A DNA stretch of 53,428 bases from Thermoplasmatota archaeon. GTDB taxonomy: Archaea > Thermoplasmatota > Thermoplasmata > Thermoplasmatales > Thermoplasmataceae. The stretch covers positions 1-53,428 of the forward strand of contig JAMDBW010000052.1 in the NCBI GenBank assembly GCA_023487765.1. The letters are read 5' to 3'. The notes below the pieces were generated by a model, which searched no databases, was not told the origin of the DNA, and worked only from the letters and a program-made list of their open reading frames with translations. The translations under genes and the position numbers were made by a program. Below, piece by piece: positions 48,901 through 53,428 of this stretch (position 1 is the first letter of the stretch; the number at the start of each line of letters is the position of its first letter).

Positions 48901-49678
48901 AGGTGCCATTTCCCGTCACGTTGCGGTGCGTGTTGAATTTCTGGACATTGTAGGTAATGGATGGTCCCGGGCCGAGGATACCGAATCCGGGCGTGCCGTG
49001 CGCCAGATAAATGTTGTATATTGTGGCATTTGAGAAACCGCCTCCAATGACTGCCTGCAGGGAACCGTTCCTGAAGGTGCCGTTCAAATTTATCGAATAC
49101 GGGAGACCTGATGTCGAATTCCATCCTCCCGTGATTCCAAAATATCCCGTTTTCCCGCTGTCAGGCACTGAAAGCTGAAGCGTGTAAAAAGAAGAGAAAG
49201 CAGGAGTACTGCCAAGATCGTATGAACCTGTTCCGTTCACGTACGCCGAGGTGTGGTACAAAGGACCGAATGCAAGATTCAGCAGCCTGCTGTTATTCTG
49301 TTCAAATATCATATTGTCCCATGTCAGTGCCTCATTATTCCTGTAATTCCATGAGAACGTAATCTTCAATGTGAAATTGGACGGGACACTCATGTTCATG
49401 GTCAGAAAACTGTTTTTGCTTGTTGTTGCAGGTTGTGTGGATATCTGTAAACCCTGTCCTATTGAGGTTTTGTTAATCCTGGCATAGGATAAGGAATTCA
49501 TGGAGGATTCGAAGGTGATCCAGCTCCTGTTCGACGGGAAGGTGCCGGGAGAAAGGCTGGAGAAGTTATAGTCCGATACAGGGATTCCTTGTGGAATTGT
49601 TGACCCGTAACTACTGTTTAGGGTTATTCCCGATAGTATAATTATAATAATTAATACCATAATGCTAATTACTTTCAT
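45920..49678 (-). CDS. Very large surface protein with Ig-like repeats, a TM anchor and a cytoplasmic wHTH-like tail
   Basis: Signal peptide, repeated 'G.Y...V.A.D..GN' Ig-like units, a TM near aa 1165-1182 and a basic tail of about 70 aa. Confidence 0.8.
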   Translation of the reverse strand: MKVISIMVLIIIIILSGITLNSSYGSTIPQGIPVSDYNFSSLSPGTFPSNRSWITFESSMNSLSYARINKTSIGQGLQISTQPATTSKNSFLTMNMSVPSNFTLKITFSWNYRNNEALTWDNMIFEQNNSRLLNLAFGPLYHTSAYVNGTGSYDLGSTPAFSSFYTLQLSVPDSGKTGYFGITGGWNSTSGLPYSINLNGTFRNGSLQAVIGGGFSNATIYNIYLAHGTPGFGILGPGPSITYNVQKFNTHRNVTGNGTFGAYPVADWKLNSIMFMETGKMPGIYLFNYYNNTTLILANISNSADWAASYSDGNYAYFFVLFQDNSNLFRINTTSLSVVKYNFGPIKIDSPKLTVLGMNFFLINESGKVWIYNATGSVSRWANISSDFEQKVILSSVQNQQIILMAMNSSSREISNYSLDASGSLSENSNLYNAQMFDTSTVITASSNLSNCFSSEIHPGNNIPGGYLFGNSIYSPVAIQAASTAPLWSDPELSVISSGSTMEVVSGNITHDTNLPGTAAYAYFEGNLSFGFLANGSYLSIFFAGKFPFSGYSINGSLNGPSVLTGNVSFNYSISSGLNCTESSQIGNLTIAPLNGYLNFSSTEIGNGTCLLYLNATNDAGYTLSLVKKVHVDNYKPAIKIDPGNMSYISQDQLFSISISNISGQLYSSVSSGFFNYSFTGNAFNFTGTSNTSVMNLTLDLKDQFGILRAYRFEYNVVHSEITNFSANINNNSYLPFNKFNFSWKQVAYHSYYCLTVVSSGHRLAYNTSQNFSLLELPDGSYRIFLNATLLDGNFTSVGNEYVTVENYSPEISVNRTTGYFYSFSGNSNLDRMQINVTSNVTSSLFLNITSPGGEKETFSSAGNFGSFVIDPADFNLQGNGIYIMNVTAVDLSGERTSEIFYIDLNNTIPVNPLLNGTSYTNSSYFPLSIRLLPNVTYNYTISGNGTRFSGMLRKSGENISVPGFNNTLRLTATSAWGNSNTSVVTVYYSNSKPEIMVSAENSTLIWTHYAIVDYSIVDQVPLSGIQVSLDNKTLDAGTLYSSGSFILNLTRDGTFNVTVAAVDRSGNRNVSSTVRFSNYYFSDISGIAPRLDMFMGVSFFSSGISGINLKPINLTWLVDGHTASRSASFFTFIMPGYHNITLIVQYHSTEIVKSYHIFVPGFIPELLILVFVSILIYRRRVTSIKDMEMARELILKNAGAEKHTIISEARRERIDSKVIRKAMSRLNDQGIIKFKSDPDGRTYIMMATQKK

Positions 49679-49774
49679 AAATTAATTAAATTACCTGATC
49701 ACCAGAAGCATAAAAAATATTTTCCAGGCAGTGAAGTCTAATCATTATATTCATCCTGAGAATTTGCATATGAT

Positions 49775-50791
49775 ATGATCAAAGTCGGCATAAACGGTTA
49801 TGGAACCATAGGTAGACGGGTTGCCCAGGCAATCATGCTGCAAAAGGACATGACGGTAACCGGTATTGTCAAAACAAAGCCGGATTATGTGGCACGCTTT
49901 GCAAGCCATAATTTCAAGCTGTTCTCTCCTGATGACGAATCAAGGAAGCAGTTGGAGGAAGGAGGATTAAGGGTATCAGGAACACTTGAGAATCTGATAG
50001 ACGATTCCGATATAATTGTTGACGCCACACCCGAAGGTGTAGGGGCGAAAAACCTGCCGGCATACAAGAAAGCCGGAATAAAAGCCACTTTTCAGGGTGG
50101 TGAGGAGCCCTCTGTTGCAGAAGCAAGCTTTAACGCTTACGCCAACTTCGAAGAATCCACCGGGAAAAACTACGTCAGGGTCGTATCCTGCAATACTACG
50201 GGCCTTGCCAGAACGCTCTCCTCAATAAAGAGTGCATACGGTATAAAACACGTGAATGCCACGTTAATAAGAAGGGCAACAGATCCAAATGACAGCAGGA
50301 AAGGGCCTATAAACGCGGTGGAACCCGGCCTGAAATTTCCGTCGCACCATGCCCCAGATCTGAGGACCGTGCTTGGAGACGTGGACATTGACACTGTTGC
50401 AGTGAAGGTACCCACCACGCTGATGCATGTGCACGTGATCCAGGTCGATCTTTCAAAAGAAACAAGCGCTGAGCAGGTGCTTGAAAATTTCCTGAGGTAT
50501 CAGAGGATACTCGTGGTCTCCGGAAAGGACGGATTGACTTCTACGGCGCAGATAATGGACTTTGCGAGAGAGAGAAGCAGAAACAGGTCCGATCTTTATG
50601 AAGTTGCTGTCTGGAGAGAAAGCGTAAACTTAAAAGGCATGAAGCTCAATTACATACAGGCAGTTCATCAGGAGAGTGACGTGGTACCGGAGAATGTGGA
50701 CGCCATCAGGGCTATGTTCGAAACCATGGACAGGGAAAAGTCCTTGTCTGCTACTGATATGACGCTAAATATTGGAAATAAGGTGTTCTAA
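49775..50791 (+). CDS. gap: Archaeal type II glyceraldehyde-3-phosphate dehydrogenase
   Basis: [19 protein letters not shown] and [13 protein letters not shown] motifs. Confidence 0.97.
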   Translation: MIKVGINGYGTIGRRVAQAIMLQKDMTVTGIVKTKPDYVARFASHNFKLFSPDDESRKQLEEGGLRVSGTLENLIDDSDIIVDATPEGVGAKNLPAYKKAGIKATFQGGEEPSVAEASFNAYANFEESTGKNYVRVVSCNTTGLARTLSSIKSAYGIKHVNATLIRRATDPNDSRKGPINAVEPGLKFPSHHAPDLRTVLGDVDIDTVAVKVPTTLMHVHVIQVDLSKETSAEQVLENFLRYQRILVVSGKDGLTSTAQIMDFARERSRNRSDLYEVAVWRESVNLKGMKLNYIQAVHQESDVVPENVDAIRAMFETMDREKSLSATDMTLNIGNKVF

Positions 50792-51667
50792 TGGCAGGGA
50801 AAACTGTAGAAAAAGAAGAGAAGAAAATCACCATTGAAGATTTACCGGGAGTCGGCGGAAGGTTCGGCTACAAAGATCATAGCGGCAGCAAGAAAATCTG
50901 CTGATATAGGTAACTTTGAGACGGGAGAGGAGATACTTGAGAGGAGGAAAGGAGTATCCAAGCTTACAAGCGGTAGCAAGAATCTGGACAATCTTCTTGG
51001 GGGCGGATTCGAGACTCAGTCCATAACGGAATTTTTTGGAGAATTCGGTTCAGGGAAAACCCAGATTATGCACCAGGCCGCAGTAAACGCCACCATGCCC
51101 GCGGAGACCGGCGGTTTTGACTGTGACGTCCTGATCATAGATACTGAAAATACTTTCAGGCCGGAGAGGATTATACAGATGTCGAAAGCAAAAGGTCTTG
51201 ATCCCGAGGTCGTCCTGAAAAGAATACATGTGGCGAGAGCATACAACTCACACCATCAGATATTACTGGCCGAAAGAGCATCGGAACTGGCCAAGGAATT
51301 TCCAATCAGGCTGCTTATTGTGGACTCACTTACTTCGCATTTCCGTTCGGAATACATGGGAAGGGGTGCGCTATCGGAAAGACAGCAGCTGCTCAACAGA
51401 CACATGCATGAACTCCTCAAGTTCTCCACCATTTACAACGCGGTAATAGCTGTGACAAACCAGGTTTCCGCGCGCCCGGACGTTTTCTTCGGAGACCCTA
51501 CGGCACCAATAGGAGGAAATATTGTCGGCCATACGGCAACCTTCAGGATTTATCTCAGGAAGAGCAAGGGCGGAAAGAGAATAGCGAGACTCATCGACTC
51601 ACCGTATCTCCCGGAAGGAGAGACTGTTATCCAGGTTTCAGAAGACGGAATAACCGACGGAGTCTGA
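50791..51667 (+). pseudogene. radA: RadA recombinase with a frameshifting deletion in the N-terminal HhH domain
   Basis: ATG 50791 gives [13 protein letters not shown], then the conserved sequence resumes in another frame at [14 protein letters not shown]. The ATPase core is intact ([17 protein letters not shown]). Confidence 0.85.
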
Positions 51668-51686
51668 CGAGTCAGCAGGTTGGGAG

Positions 51687-52202
51687 ATGTGGAGCTACAT
51701 TAAGGGGAATTTCAGGAAATACCCGTCGCAGATGAAGGTCCTGAAGAAATTCATCTCCATCGGGTTATCAGTGAAAAAGGACAACGAAGGCAATCCGAGG
51801 ATTTACTGCAGCGATATCGAGGTAAAGGCATCATCGGTCGCCATTGCACTTGAGGTTGACAGACGCGCGGTCCTCGATGTTCTTGGAAAAATAATCAGCG
51901 ATCCTGAGCTTTCAAGATTCTTCGCTGATCTCGGCCCTGTTCCGGATTTCGGAAAAGTCAGTTCCAGACTGGGACTCGGGGTTCTTCAGATAGTGGCCAC
52001 GTCTGCTGCACAGCCCGGTATTATATCCGGAGTATCCCAGATAATTTCAAGAGAGAACATAAGCATAAGACAGGTCATCGTGGATGATCCGGAACTGGTC
52101 GACAATCCTAAGGCGACAATAGTAACCGAAAGTCCTATTCCGGGGAGGCTCCTGGAGGAAATGAAATCAGTTCCGGGCGTGGAAGCGGTTGTCATCCTCT
52201 GA
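51687..52202 (+). CDS. ACT-domain regulator of amino acid metabolism (COG2150-like)
   Basis: IALEVDRRAV HTH-like segment plus a PGIISGV..ISIRQ ACT domain. Confidence 0.85.
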   Translation: MWSYIKGNFRKYPSQMKVLKKFISIGLSVKKDNEGNPRIYCSDIEVKASSVAIALEVDRRAVLDVLGKIISDPELSRFFADLGPVPDFGKVSSRLGLGVLQIVATSAAQPGIISGVSQIISRENISIRQVIVDDPELVDNPKATIVTESPIPGRLLEEMKSVPGVEAVVIL

Positions 52203-53282
52203 TTAGAGGAATTCATCAGGTTCGTTTCCATACACTATTTCCGTAAGTTTTTTTATCTTCGAATGTACCTCTTCAATGGTTTCCGCTGTGACATTTATGT
52301 GCCCGGCCTTTCTTCCTCTCCGGATACCGTTCTTGCCGTACCAGTAAAATTGTGTTTCCGGAAGTCTGAGTATATCTTCAACAGTCTTTCTGTCAGGGTT
52401 CACACCAATCAGGTTCAGGATGCCGCTCGGCCTGTAAAGGACAGGCTCCGGAATCTCATAACCACATATTGCCCGAATGTGCTGTTCAAATTGTGAAATT
52501 GAGGAACCCATCAGGGTGTGGTGACCTGTATTATGGACTCTCGGGGCAAATTCGTTGATTATCGTTTTACCGTAAGCAATAAAAAATTCCACGCCTATGA
52601 CACCAACATAATCCAATTCCGCAAGCAGACGCTTTACAGCGTCATTCATGCCATTATCAGAAACCGGAGCGGCGTTGTAGAAGAGCATCCCTTTACGATT
52701 GAGGTTGAACGACGGTCTGTGCATACGGATTGTCCCGTCCTGCGAACGTGAAGCTATGACTGATGCCTCATACTGGAATTTTATAAATTTTTCAACGACA
52801 TACTTCCCGTCGGGGATGCTGGAGGGAACCTTTCCGTCTTTCACGAAATGCTGTCCCTTGCCGTCATATCCTCCGGAAGCAGACTTTATGACGCAATCAC
52901 CGAAATTTTCTGCAATTTCCAGTGCTTCGACGGCGTTCGGCGCAATCCTGTATTCGGCCACGGGCAGGCCTTTAGAATACAGGAAATCTTTTTCCATAGA
53001 CCGGTCTCTTTTCAACTTCACGGGAAATATTCCCGGTTTCAGCTTCCCCTCGCTTTCGGCATAATCAAGGACTCTTCCGTCAACATGTTCAAACTCGTAG
53101 GTAACTACATCGCTACGGTCGACAAATTCCCTGTAATCTTCATAAATGAACGATCTGTCAGCGATCCGTGATGCAGGTCCGTCAAGGTCCTGGCCTATTA
53201 CATTGAAGTTTATGCCCAGCTTTCTGGATTCAAGAATCATCATGTAACCCAGCTGGCCGGATCCAGCGATGCCTACATTCAT
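52203..53282 (-). CDS. purK: N5-carboxyaminoimidazole ribonucleotide synthase
   Basis: GSGQLGYM, TYEFEH, GGYDGKGQ, NEFAPRVHNTGH and YGK..RKAGH motifs. Confidence 0.95.
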   Translation of the reverse strand: MNVGIAGSGQLGYMMILESRKLGINFNVIGQDLDGPASRIADRSFIYEDYREFVDRSDVVTYEFEHVDGRVLDYAESEGKLKPGIFPVKLKRDRSMEKDFLYSKGLPVAEYRIAPNAVEALEIAENFGDCVIKSASGGYDGKGQHFVKDGKVPSSIPDGKYVVEKFIKFQYEASVIASRSQDGTIRMHRPSFNLNRKGMLFYNAAPVSDNGMNDAVKRLLAELDYVGVIGVEFFIAYGKTIINEFAPRVHNTGHHTLMGSSISQFEQHIRAICGYEIPEPVLYRPSGILNLIGVNPDRKTVEDILRLPETQFYWYGKNGIRRGRKAGHINVTAETIEEVHSKIKKLTEIVYGNEPDEFL

Positions 53283-53428
53283 GCCAGTTTTTCACCAAGA
53301 ATTTTTTCTGTCTGGCTTCTGGCATATTCACTGACTTTGTTCATAATTTCCGGGTGCTTTAATCCAAGTATCCTCGCAGCAAGAAGTGCCGCATTCTTCG
53401 AGTTCCCTATTGCAACCGTTGCAACGGG
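53279..53428 (-). CDS. purE: PurE, C-terminal fragment (gene starts beyond the window)
   Basis: PVATVAIGNSKNAALLAARIL...; its stop overlaps the purK ATG. Confidence 0.92.
   Translation of the reverse strand, partial: PVATVAIGNSKNAALLAARILGLKHPEIMNKVSEYARSQTEKILGEKLA

Noticed and set aside
1..53428. CRISPR array, rRNA genes or an integrase
   Set aside because: No regularly spaced repeats, rRNA signatures or recombinase motifs were seen by eye

Overview
Archaeal chromosome segment, most consistent with Thermoplasmatales (type II GAPDH, RadA, pelota, Cdc6/Orc1, PolB2 operon, GH15 trehalase-like enzyme, an archaeal TPP riboswitch, Asn/Ser/Thr-rich surface proteins). Core genes include the rtcB 3' end, argS, thrB/thrC, gap, purK, the purE 3' end and tRNA-Glu. 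The most notable items are: (i) a TPP-riboswitch-led thiamine salvage operon (MFS-thiD-PurM/HypE-like-thiE, divergent tenA) with an uncharacterised PurM-fold enzyme and a possible leader ORF that starts inside the aptamer; (ii) a ~7.3 kb accessory block (27.7-35.0 kb) around a PLD-nuclease/P-loop ATPase fusion with no methyltransferase, a candidate defence locus; (iii) a decayed mobile region next to tRNA-Glu (IS3 and IS5 remnants, antitoxin plus truncated PIN gene, PepSY-like plus retropepsin pair); (iv) a cupredoxin operon with a membrane-anchored wHTH and a palindrome-rich promoter; (v) a degenerate AroB paralogue and a radA with a frameshifting N-terminal deletion. All family calls come from motif recognition by eye; no database searches were run.
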